Below are positions 30,000-40,794 of a stretch of 64,000 nucleotides of DNA, one piece after another. The notes under the pieces were generated by a model. It ran no database searches. It was not told the DNA's origin and saw nothing but the letters and a program-made list of their open reading frames with translations. This DNA comes from Candidatus Velesiimonas alkalicola (GTDB lineage Bacteria > Omnitrophota > Gorgyraeia > Velesiimonadales > Velesiimonadaceae): assembly GCA_013626165.1 (NCBI GenBank), contig NDHX01000005.1, positions 26,875-90,874 on the forward strand, read 5' to 3'. Position 1 is the stretch's first letter; the number at the start of each line of letters is the position of its first letter. Made by a program: the position numbers and the translations under genes.

Positions 30000-31149
30000 A
30001 CTCTGGAAAGATGTCCAAGAAGAACAGTGGGAGGATTGGGGTTGGCAGATAAGAAATAGAATTACAACGGTTGAACAATTAAAAAAGGTTATTGATGTAA
30101 CAGAAGAAGAAGAAAAGGGGATACTGCAGTCAAAGGGAAGACTTGCAATGGCAATTACTCCATACTGGGCAAGCCTTATGGACAAAGAAAAACCATACTG
30201 TCCGATAAGAAGGCAGGCGGTCCCTACCGTTCTTGAATCATATGTTACAGCACAGGAAACAACAGACCCTCTTTCTGAGGATGAGGATTCTCCGGTGCCG
30301 GGGCTTGTCCACAGATACCCTGACAGGGTCCTTCTTCTTGCAACGGACCAGTGTGCAATGTATTGCAGACACTGCACAAGAAGAAGGCTTGTAGGAGAAG
30401 GTGATTTTTCTATCTCGGAACACCTTGAAAAGGCTTTTGAATATATAAGAGCAAATAAAAAGATAAGAGATGTTCTTATATCAGGTGGAGACCCTCTTAT
30501 GCTGCCAGATGAGAGGATAGAAACAATACTGAAAGGTATCCGTTCAATATCAAGTGTTGAGATTGTAAGGATTGGAAGCCGTGTTCCTGTTACGCTTCCG
30601 ATGCGTATAACAGGAAATTTAATTTCAATACTTAAAAAATATAATCTGTTGTGGATGTCCATACATTTTAATCATCCGAAAGAGATTACAAAAAGATGTA
30701 AAAGAGCCTGTTCAGATGTTGTTGATGCGGGTATTCCTATGGGAAGCCAGACCGTCCTTCTTAAAGGTATTAATGAAAGGCTATACATAATGAAAAAACT
30801 TATGCATGATCTTTTAGCAATAAGGGTAAGACCTTACTATATGTATCAATGCGACCTGGCAAGAGGGACAAGTCATTTTAGAGCTCCTGTTTCAGTGGGT
30901 ATTCAATTGATGGAAAAATTAAGAGGACATACCACAGGTTATGCGGTCCCTACATACGTTATTGATGCCCCCGGTGGAGGGGGGAAGATACCTATTGCTC
31001 CAAACTATATTGTATCTGAGTCTAATGGTGTGTATACATTAAGAAATTACGAGGGGAAGATTTTCCGCTACAGCGAAGAAACAGAATTTGTTTCTGCGGC
31101 ACAGGAAGAAAATACACCTGCACCATTAGTAGAACAAAAAATAGACTGA
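29974..31149 (+). CDS. KamA family radical SAM aminomutase (lysine 2,3-aminomutase-like)
   Basis: CAMYCRHC, HRYPDRVL, SGGDPL, DAPGGGGK. Confidence 0.92.
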   Translation: MYTDYRRCELWKDVQEEQWEDWGWQIRNRITTVEQLKKVIDVTEEEEKGILQSKGRLAMAITPYWASLMDKEKPYCPIRRQAVPTVLESYVTAQETTDPLSEDEDSPVPGLVHRYPDRVLLLATDQCAMYCRHCTRRRLVGEGDFSISEHLEKAFEYIRANKKIRDVLISGGDPLMLPDERIETILKGIRSISSVEIVRIGSRVPVTLPMRITGNLISILKKYNLLWMSIHFNHPKEITKRCKRACSDVVDAGIPMGSQTVLLKGINERLYIMKKLMHDLLAIRVRPYYMYQCDLARGTSHFRAPVSVGIQLMEKLRGHTTGYAVPTYVIDAPGGGGKIPIAPNYIVSESNGVYTLRNYEGKIFRYSEETEFVSAAQEENTPAPLVEQKID

Positions 31150-31172
31150 CAGATAAGGTTTTAAGTATATAA

Positions 31173-32761
<1,589 letters not shown>

Positions 32762-33042
32762 GTGTGCCTTTTATAAATTTAGGCGATGTATTTTTGGTCT
32801 CCTGTGGGTACACTTCTACACTCAACAATAAGTTTATATCCAGAAGGGAAGGCATTTAGAGGCACAGTTTTTGCAGAGAAACTTTCCATTATCCTTCCAG
32901 AAATAAAAACTTAAGAGCACATTATACTCGCCCCAATAGTCCGTGGACCATATTCCGTATACCGCATTCTATAAAAGATACTTACGACGATATACGAACA
33001 AAGGTTTTCCCAGGCACATGTCCGCCTGTTCTATTCAGGGAC

Positions 33043-34920
33043 TTACTCACAAAGTTGTTTTTCCGCATCCACAACATCCCTGTTAAAATAGTGTATTGTA
33101 TCTTTCAATCTTTGTTTTAGTCCATCTGAAAGTATCGGAGAATTATGGATTTCTCTTAAAACTTGAATACTCATCCTGAAATATCTTATTACATCCCCTT
33201 CATCTGTATCTGTCCATTGAAAAAGATTTTGAAATCCTGCCCCTTGAAGCCACATATGTGTTGCCTCTGCAAGGTGAAAATGTGCTTGTTTGCTTTTCGG
33301 ATAGATCCTGTATTTTGATTCAAGATAGTTTATTTTTTTATAAAAATTATCGCACATCTGTTTTAGGGCGTTTATTTTTTTTGATAGAGGTTTTTCTTTT
33401 TGATGTTTTCTTGGTTCAAATACAATGGCATTGGCTAATATCCCGAGAGAGAGTTTATCTAATTTTTCAAGTGCACCTTTTTCATACAATTCAGAAAGTA
33501 AAATCTCATAACTCGGAACACTTTTGGCAAATATACCTTTATCGGTAAGAGTGCCGTTTTTTATATTCAGACTTTCTTTAAGGCAGTTTATTTTATCTTT
33601 CATAAGGCGGGTTGTCTCCTTGTGTTGGTATTTTTTGGTTTGAAAATAATGAAGCGAAGATGGATATATATTCAAAAAATTTTCTCCATATCTCTGATAA
33701 AGGTTAAGAAGTGTTGAATAGGATGCGTTAAACTGGCTTTTTACCTCTTCGGGATTTCCGTAAATTATCCGTTTTATATTGTCAGGGGTTGTATAGCGAG
33801 GATTTATTCTGCAGTACACAGACCCTTGTTTGTCCATGCCTCTTCTTCCTGCTCTTCCGGCCATCTGATAAAAGTCCCTTGTTTTCAGGTTCTCTATTCT
33901 GTTGCCGTAAAACTTTTTAAGCTCATCAAATATAACCGTTCTGCTGGGCATATTTATACCAAGTGCAAATGTTTCTGTTGTAAATATTATTTTAAGAAGC
34001 CTGCTTGTGAATAATCTTTCTATGGTTTCTTTAAGTGTCGGAAGCATCCCTGCATGATGGTATGCTATGCCTTTCTGAATAAGCGGATAAATCTGTTTTG
34101 CCGATGGTTCATCTTGTAGTGAAAATTTTTCACACAGTAAATTATACATTGAAGATATCTTCTGGCTTTCATCGGTTTTAAGAAAATTATGGTGAATAAG
34201 TTCAAGTGCAAGACTTTCAGCTCTGTTTCTTCCGAATACAAAATATATACAAGGAAATCCTTCAACCTTCTGTATATATTCAATCAGTGAGTTAAGCCTG
34301 TTTGGTGCTTCTCTGTTTGTACTTTTTTTTAAGACCTCAATGTTGTTATATATTTTATTGTGACAATAGAAATAAAAATGAAGAGGAACAGGCCTCTTAT
34401 GTTCTATTACAACTTTTACTTCTTTTTTATGAATAGTTTGTATCCACCTTGCAAGATGGTGGACATTGGGAATTGTTGCAGAAAGTGCAAGTATGTTCAT
34501 ATGTTCCGGAAGGAATATAAAAGATTCTTCCCACACAGTTCCTCTTTCAGGATTGTCTATGTAATGGACCTCATCAAATATTATCCAGGAATATTGTTTA
34601 AGCGCATGTGCTTCTTCAAGAACTTTGTTCCTGAATATCTCTGTTGTCATTATCATAACAAGCGATTGAGGGTTTATTGAAACATCCCCTGTAAGTATGC
34701 CTACGTGTCCTGGGAACTGGGATTTAAAATCCCTGAATTTCTGGTTTGAAAGAGCCTTCAATGGGGCTGTATATATTATACCTGTTCTATCCTGAAGACA
34801 TTTTGAGATAAGATGTTCTGCAATAGCAGTCTTACCGGCCCCTGTTGGTGCAGAAACTATAACAGATAAACCGCTATTGAGATGTTCAATTGCCTTTTTT
34901 TGAAATTCGTCATAAATCAT
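33043..34920 (-). CDS. Ski2/HelY-like DEAD/DEAH RNA helicase
   Basis: APTGAGKT, KALSNQK, DEVHY, QMAGRAGRRG, DEGD. Confidence 0.9.
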   Translation of the reverse strand: MIYDEFQKKAIEHLNSGLSVIVSAPTGAGKTAIAEHLISKCLQDRTGIIYTAPLKALSNQKFRDFKSQFPGHVGILTGDVSINPQSLVMIMTTEIFRNKVLEEAHALKQYSWIIFDEVHYIDNPERGTVWEESFIFLPEHMNILALSATIPNVHHLARWIQTIHKKEVKVVIEHKRPVPLHFYFYCHNKIYNNIEVLKKSTNREAPNRLNSLIEYIQKVEGFPCIYFVFGRNRAESLALELIHHNFLKTDESQKISSMYNLLCEKFSLQDEPSAKQIYPLIQKGIAYHHAGMLPTLKETIERLFTSRLLKIIFTTETFALGINMPSRTVIFDELKKFYGNRIENLKTRDFYQMAGRAGRRGMDKQGSVYCRINPRYTTPDNIKRIIYGNPEEVKSQFNASYSTLLNLYQRYGENFLNIYPSSLHYFQTKKYQHKETTRLMKDKINCLKESLNIKNGTLTDKGIFAKSVPSYEILLSELYEKGALEKLDKLSLGILANAIVFEPRKHQKEKPLSKKINALKQMCDNFYKKINYLESKYRIYPKSKQAHFHLAEATHMWLQGAGFQNLFQWTDTDEGDVIRYFRMSIQVLREIHNSPILSDGLKQRLKDTIHYFNRDVVDAEKQLCE

Positions 34921-35051
34921 GTATAATATTATAGTTTAAAAGATTGATTTATGGCAAGAAATTTGTAAAATATAAATGTAAAAGGGCAAGAAATGAAGAT
35001 TGTGTGTATGTAAAGGTAAAAACAAATTCAAAAAATGAAGGTCGGGTAGGA

Positions 35052-35109
35052 CAGAGCACCAGAGCACCAGTCACCAGAGCACCAGTTGCTCCTTAAGTTT
35101 CTAATGGGG
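35052..35109 (-). repeat. Head + octamer array of the composite repeat
   Basis: Reverse complement CCCCATTAGAAACTTAAGGAGCAACTGGTGCTCTGG... Confidence 0.75.
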
Positions 35110-35214
35110 CCTGCCCCGACTTGTCGGGGAGGGATGTCTTTTTCCATCCCCCAAAAAAAATTAAAAAAAAGTATACGAAAGATTAGAAAAGATTAGAAAA
35201 GGCTACAAAGGTCA

Positions 35215-35281
35215 GGTGCCCTGGTGCTCTGGTGCGCTGGTGCACTGGTGCATTTGAAATTAGTGGGATTGGGGTTGTGCA
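35215..35281 (+). repeat. Octamer array + 37-bp tail of the composite repeat
   Basis: 35245-35281 identical to 1254-1290. Confidence 0.85.
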
Positions 35282-35310
35282 GCTGTCTTAAACTATTAAA
35301 AAGGAGGGAC

Positions 35311-35754
35311 ATGGGAAGGGTTCTTATAATAGATGACGAAGAATCTACAAGAGAGATTATAAGTATCATTCTTAAAAAAGAAGGGCACGAGATATCTACC
35401 GCCGTTGATGGAAAACAGGGACTTATGCTTGCACAGAATGAAAAACCGGATATTATACTTCTTGATATAAGAATGCCCGTTATGGATGGAATTGAAGTCT
35501 TGAAAGCATTAAAAGGAAGCGATGCAACCTCTCCTATACCTGTTGTAATGATTACGGCCCTTCCGCAAGAAAGAGAAAGGGCAATAGAAAACGGTTGTGA
35601 TGAATTTCTTACCAAACCCATAGACAGACTTGAACTTATTGCAAGGGTAAGGTCATTGACACGTTTAAGTAAATTATTTAGAGACCTTGATTTATCTATA
35701 GAGTATCTTTTAAGGCTTAAAAAGGGTGTAAAAAATGATACTTCTTTCAAATAA
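35311..35754 (+). CDS. Single-domain response regulator (receiver)
   Basis: LIIDDE, PDIILLDIRMP, ITA, TKP; SD AAGGAGG before ATG 35311. Confidence 0.9.
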   Translation: MGRVLIIDDEESTREIISIILKKEGHEISTAVDGKQGLMLAQNEKPDIILLDIRMPVMDGIEVLKALKGSDATSPIPVVMITALPQERERAIENGCDEFLTKPIDRLELIARVRSLTRLSKLFRDLDLSIEYLLRLKKGVKNDTSFK

Positions 35755-37183
35755 AATATGAGGTTGTAAAAACCGGTATTTTTACTATGGGACGGTAAGA
35801 AGTTTTTACTTTTTTTAAATTTTCCAGGCCGCTGTCTCCCATCAAACTTATATATCTATAAGAAATATGTTCTTTGCAAAATTCCCTGAACATCCATTGT
35901 GCAAGTCCTTTTATTTCCGGTTCTGCAATTTCAAAAAGAATACAGAATGTATCCTGTCTTAAAGGAAAACCAAATGTATACCCTTCTATTTTATTGTTGA
36001 TATATATAACCCTTCCTTCAAGCCCTAACCTTTCTGCATATAGCATTCCTGTTTGGTGTGCCAGAGCAGAATCCGATATAAGCATGTTATAGTATTCATC
36101 CTCATTGTATTTGTCCTGCGACTGATTGTTTCTTATTCTTTTTTTTGCCCATCTTAAGTACAGAGCAATGGCTTCTTGTGTTTGATGCCTTGAAAAATTT
36201 CTATATGTATATTTATACCTGTTATTAAAATAATTACAGTTAGCTCTTTTTGATTTATATCTATCTCCTTTTAATTCTACAAGTTCTTTTGTAAGGCAGA
36301 TATATTCTAAATCAGATTTTTTAAAATCCAAATAAGGTTCCTCGCAATCCTGCAGAGCAAGGTTTTCTATTCTTGAAACGGCTGAATCTTTGCCGTTTAA
36401 CTGCTTAAGAATGTCCATCCCTGTGCTTAATTGATGGCCGTTGCCTATCGGCGGCAAAAGCAAAAACCAGCCTCCTGTTTTTGCAAATATAAAAAGGTGG
36501 TCCTCAATAATTTTCCATGCAATATGCAAAATATCTTTCCATATAAATATGGACAGAAAAGAATATGAACTTAAAAAGGAGTTATATTTATTAAAAAAGT
36601 TCTGTATAATATCTTTGTCTCTGATGCAAATTTTTTTTAACCCTATGGGTAAAAATCTCTCTGTTGAGCGTTTAACAGAAAAAAGTTTCTGCACAGACGC
36701 CTGATATTCCATAATGAAACAATGATTTTTTTCAAGGTATTCCGTAAGATTTTTATTAAAATATTCTTCAAGGTATTCTACATATTTCTTAAAGCTTTCC
36801 TTTCCCCACATACTTCTTATGATTGGACAGGAAAAATCTGCGCCGACCACAATGGCATTGCGATGTTTATTTTCCATAACAACAAAAGGGTACAACTGGC
36901 AATCAAAAGGTCTTCTCTTATAGACATTACAGGAACTTTTATCAGTGTCAAAAAACGGGCATACACACACATCTTTTTTTTGAACCAATCCGATTCTTGT
37001 TCCCCTTCTATTGTCAATATGCGGAAGATATATATCCTGTATGTACGGGGAAAGATTAAGGACCTCTTCTGCATCAAGATATGGTCTTATCGGTGTATCA
37101 GGGCTTGAAAATCTACAACATACCCTGCATTTAAGGCATAGTTTTTGTGTAATAAAATTCGGTTGAGTAAACACATCTTTCAC
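35747..37183 (-). CDS. YkgJ (CxxCxxCC) cysteine-cluster domain fused to DUF2156 domain
   Basis: CLKCRVCC, CPFF, C.VY..RP..C..YPF; C-terminal L.G..Y..KR, FEIA, D.GL.NL.K.K.SY.P. Confidence 0.8.
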   Translation of the reverse strand: MKDVFTQPNFITQKLCLKCRVCCRFSSPDTPIRPYLDAEEVLNLSPYIQDIYLPHIDNRRGTRIGLVQKKDVCVCPFFDTDKSSCNVYKRRPFDCQLYPFVVMENKHRNAIVVGADFSCPIIRSMWGKESFKKYVEYLEEYFNKNLTEYLEKNHCFIMEYQASVQKLFSVKRSTERFLPIGLKKICIRDKDIIQNFFNKYNSFLSSYSFLSIFIWKDILHIAWKIIEDHLFIFAKTGGWFLLLPPIGNGHQLSTGMDILKQLNGKDSAVSRIENLALQDCEEPYLDFKKSDLEYICLTKELVELKGDRYKSKRANCNYFNNRYKYTYRNFSRHQTQEAIALYLRWAKKRIRNNQSQDKYNEDEYYNMLISDSALAHQTGMLYAERLGLEGRVIYINNKIEGYTFGFPLRQDTFCILFEIAEPEIKGLAQWMFREFCKEHISYRYISLMGDSGLENLKKVKTSYRPIVKIPVFTTSYFI

Positions 37184-37332
37184 AATATTTATTATATTTT
37201 ATGGAAGAAATATTACAATAAATTTTCAACAACAGGGTAGAAAATTCAAAAATCCCTGTCTACAAGACAGGTTAAGGGCAGGTACCGCAGGCAGGGATGT
37301 TTTTCCCATTCTCAAACAAAGATAAAAAAGTA

Positions 37333-37558
37333 TTGACAAAATTTAAGTTATATGATAAACTTATAACAAGTGGGGATTTGTATGATATATGATATGTGCA
37401 GTGTAATAAATAATTGTTTAAGTTGCTATTCAGGTTATTTAGGCTGTGGGCTATAGGCTGTTAGTATTTTTTGTTTATACTTACAGTCTAAATAACCTAT
37501 GGTCTATTTACCTAAGTGTTTAATGCGTTTTTTATATAACATATCACATACTTCCATT
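37333..37558 (+). promoter_or_regulatory. Promoter and rod-like structured 5' leader
   Basis: TTGACA-17 nt-TAAACT; 19-bp stem 37432-37450/37480-37498; outer pairing 37369-37397 with 37539-37558. Confidence 0.55.
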
Positions 37559-37566
37559 GGAGTAAA

Positions 37567-38655
37567 ATGGCAAAAGTAATTTTGAAGAAAGTAGGTAAAA
37601 CTTACGGCAGTAAAGTAATCGCGGTCAAGGATTTTAACCTGGAGGTCAAAGATAAAGAGTTTGTGGTCCTGGTAGGTCCTTCTGGCTGCGGGAAGTCTAC
37701 CACTTTAAGGATGATTGCGGGTCTGGAGGACATTACCGAAGGAGAAATTCACATTGATAATCTTCTGGTTAATGACCTGCCAGCCAAAGACAGGGACATC
37801 GCAATGGTTTTCCAAAATTACGCCCTCTACCCCCATATGTCTATCTATGATAACCTCTCTTTTGGCTTAAGGTTAAGAAAATTGCCGGCCCCTGAGATTA
37901 AACAGCGCGTTAAGGATGCAGCACAGATGTTAGGTATTTATGACCTGCTCCACCGCATTCCCAAAGAATTGTCCGGAGGACAACAACAAAGAGCGGCGGT
38001 AGGCAGAGCCATTGTCCGCAAACCCAAGGTATTTCTCTTTGACGAACCCTTGAGCAACCTTGATGCCAAGATGCGGGTACAGATGAGGCTGGAAATTATC
38101 AAACTTCATCAGCGGCTTCAGGCAACTATGATTTACGTCACTCATGACCAGGTAGAAGCAATGACCATGGGTGAGCGGATTGTGGTTATGAAAGACGGCC
38201 TGGTTCATCAGATTGCCGCACCCCTGGACCTGTATGAATTCCCGGTCAACAAATTTGTGGCCGGTTTTATCGGTTCACCCCCAATGAACTTCTTTGAGGG
38301 TAAGATTGTCAAAGAAGAAGTCCGCTTCTTTTTTAAAACAGAGGTGTTTAAGATTTTGCTTGCACCTGAAATTACAGAAAAGGTAAGTCCTTACCGGGAG
38401 AAAAAGATCTATTTAGGAATCAGACCTGAACACATTTCCATTGGTGAAAATGGCCAGATTTCGGTTCAGGTTGAAGTGGTGGAGCCTCTGGGCAACGAAA
38501 CCCTGCTGCACCTGCGTTGCGGAGAAAATTTGCTCTTGTGCCGCCGGTTTGTAAGCGGAGAGATAAGAAAAATACAGGAGGAAATTAAGATTTCCTTTGA
38601 CCCCAAACAGATACAACTCTTTGATTTAGATACCGAAAACTCAATTCTTCATTAA
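37567..38655 (+). CDS. Sugar ABC transporter ATPase (MsmX/UgpC-like)
   Basis: GPSGCGKST, LSGGQQQR, DEPLSNLDAK, TOBE domain. Confidence 0.95.
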   Translation: MAKVILKKVGKTYGSKVIAVKDFNLEVKDKEFVVLVGPSGCGKSTTLRMIAGLEDITEGEIHIDNLLVNDLPAKDRDIAMVFQNYALYPHMSIYDNLSFGLRLRKLPAPEIKQRVKDAAQMLGIYDLLHRIPKELSGGQQQRAAVGRAIVRKPKVFLFDEPLSNLDAKMRVQMRLEIIKLHQRLQATMIYVTHDQVEAMTMGERIVVMKDGLVHQIAAPLDLYEFPVNKFVAGFIGSPPMNFFEGKIVKEEVRFFFKTEVFKILLAPEITEKVSPYREKKIYLGIRPEHISIGENGQISVQVEVVEPLGNETLLHLRCGENLLLCRRFVSGEIRKIQEEIKISFDPKQIQLFDLDTENSILH

Positions 38656-38657
38656 GG

Positions 38658-39539
38658 TTAATATTTGGTTCCCGTCAGTTTTATCCCTTCCACAAAGAAC
38701 CGCTGGTTAAATATAAAGACAATCAGTGTGGGCAGCATCACAATTATGGAGGCAGCCATCAGGAGAGTCCAGTCGGTCGTATGAAGCCCCTGGAAAGAAG
38801 CCACTCCTATCGGCAAAGTCCTCATCTCCATACTGTTGGTAACGATTAAGGGCCACATAAAATTATTCCAGGAACCAATAAAGGTTACCGTGCCGAGTGT
38901 GGCTAGTGCGGGTTTAGAAAGAGGAATAACCACATGGCGGTAAATGCCCAATTTATTGCATCCGTCAATTCGCGCTGCGTCCTCTAAATTGCTGGAAATT
39001 GACATAAAAAACTGCCTTAAAAGAAACGTTCCGAAAGCAGTAAACAATCCCGGGATAATTAAAGCCTTATAGGTGTCAATCCAGCCGAAAAGTCTCATAA
39101 GAATAAAGGTGGGAATCATTGTAACCGCGCCCGGCAGCATCATTGTAGCCAAATAAAGGAAGAAAAGTTTATCCCGGCCTGGGAATTTTAGGCGCGCAAA
39201 AGCAAAGGCAGCTAAAGAACTGGTGAGAAGAACACCCACGGTCTGACAGAGAGCAATAAAGATGGAGTTAAGATAAAACCGGCCAAAAGGCACTGCGCGC
39301 CAGGCATCAATGTAATTTCTCCAGACAATGGGACTGGGAATCCACTGAGGCGGGAAGGTAAAGACCGCACCTGCTTCCTTTAAGGACGTGGAAAGCATCC
39401 ACAGAAAAGGCACTAACATTGTTATCGCACCTAAACTTAAGATGAAAATCCACAGGGCTTTCCAGGTTATATCCCTCTTTTTCTTCCGACGCTTGGATTC
39501 TGCCCGACTTAGATGTTTTTCATTCTGCCCCTTAAACAT
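38658..39539 (-). CDS. Carbohydrate ABC permease (MalG/UgpE-like)
   Basis: EDAARIDG EAA motif, WN.FMWPL. Confidence 0.93.
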   Translation of the reverse strand: MFKGQNEKHLSRAESKRRKKKRDITWKALWIFILSLGAITMLVPFLWMLSTSLKEAGAVFTFPPQWIPSPIVWRNYIDAWRAVPFGRFYLNSIFIALCQTVGVLLTSSLAAFAFARLKFPGRDKLFFLYLATMMLPGAVTMIPTFILMRLFGWIDTYKALIIPGLFTAFGTFLLRQFFMSISSNLEDAARIDGCNKLGIYRHVVIPLSKPALATLGTVTFIGSWNNFMWPLIVTNSMEMRTLPIGVASFQGLHTTDWTLLMAASIIVMLPTLIVFIFNQRFFVEGIKLTGTKY

Positions 39540-40452
39540 ACTTTACCCCTTTTCCTCCGTACTTCCAGTTCAGTAGTGTGGCGATGAAAACAAGGGCAAA
39601 GAGTACCCATGCGATAGAAGAAGCATAGCCCATCTTAAACCACTGGTATGCATTAATATAAATATAGTAATCGATGGTGGTGGTGGCGCCGGCTGGTCCA
39701 CCACCGGTCATCATATAGGCGGACATAAACCCGCCCTGGAATCCGCCAATGACGCTCATCACAAAGATAAAAAATGTAGTGGGAGTAATGCAGGGCAGAG
39801 TGATGTATAGAAACTTTTGCCAGAAGTTGGCACCGTCCACGTCCGCTGCCTCGTAGAGATGCCGCGGCACCCCCTGTAAAGCGGCAAGATAAAGGATGGT
39901 GTTAAATCCACCAAGGCCTGCCCACAACCCCATAAAAGCAATAGCCGGTTTTGCCCATTCGATACTGGATAACCATCCCGGTCCCTGGATGCCGACCCGG
40001 GCTAAAAAGGTGTTGATCAAACCAAAGTCGGGGTTATAGAGCCATCGCCATAGAATAGCAAGTGCCACCCCGGAACATACCGTGGGCAGAAAATAGATGG
40101 TGCGGTAGATGGTAATCCCCTTTATTTTCTGATTCAAAAGAAGCGCCATTATCAGAGATAGAGCCATGCCCACCGGAATAAAGAGCATGTAGAAAATGGT
40201 ATTCCAGAGGTAATACCAGAAGTGAGGATCATTGGCGACCAGGCCGGTGGGAGTACTATGAAACCCTAACAGTTCGACAAAATTGGAAAAACCGACAAAC
40301 CTCAATGGAGTAAGAATATCCCATTCGGTAAAAGCAAGGAACAAGGACCAGAGGGCGGGCCCTATCGTAAAAACAAGAAACCCTAAAAGGTTAGGCAGAA
40401 GAAAGAGATAGGCTCCACCGTATAACACCAGGAAATTTCTTTTTTTTCTCAT
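39532..40452 (-). CDS. Carbohydrate ABC permease (MalF/UgpA-like)
   Basis: LYEAADVDGA EAA motif, TGGGPAGAT. Confidence 0.93.
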   Translation of the reverse strand: MRKKRNFLVLYGGAYLFLLPNLLGFLVFTIGPALWSLFLAFTEWDILTPLRFVGFSNFVELLGFHSTPTGLVANDPHFWYYLWNTIFYMLFIPVGMALSLIMALLLNQKIKGITIYRTIYFLPTVCSGVALAILWRWLYNPDFGLINTFLARVGIQGPGWLSSIEWAKPAIAFMGLWAGLGGFNTILYLAALQGVPRHLYEAADVDGANFWQKFLYITLPCITPTTFFIFVMSVIGGFQGGFMSAYMMTGGGPAGATTTIDYYIYINAYQWFKMGYASSIAWVLFALVFIATLLNWKYGGKGVKYV

Positions 40453-40794
40453 AAAATTATCCTAAATTGTCCCCGAAAGCCTTAAAAACAGTCAGTTCCC
40501 AGGAGGCTAATTATTATAAGTGAACCCTCTGTCGGGGACGCAACAAAATCTTGTCACACACGACCATCTCCAATAAAAATTTTATCATAAACTTCTAATG
40601 GTGTCAAGAAAAAAATTTTTCCTTATTATAATTAAAAGATACAGAGGCAGAGACTACGAGCATACTGGTATGATATAATAAGGCAGTAAAAAAATAAACC
40701 CCTTTAGATAAGACTTTCTATCTAATTAAAATTTGAGAACTTTTTGCTTTATATAACAGGCAGGGAAAATAAAACAGGTTAAGACGGGAAAAAT

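Noticed and set aside
35224-35310. N-terminal extension of the response regulator
   Set aside because: Derived from the repeat element; SD supports ATG 35311
40468-40565. Possible IS end upstream of the ABC permease
   Set aside because: Only a short GTCCCCGA/TCGGGGAC inverted pair; no partner end or transposase
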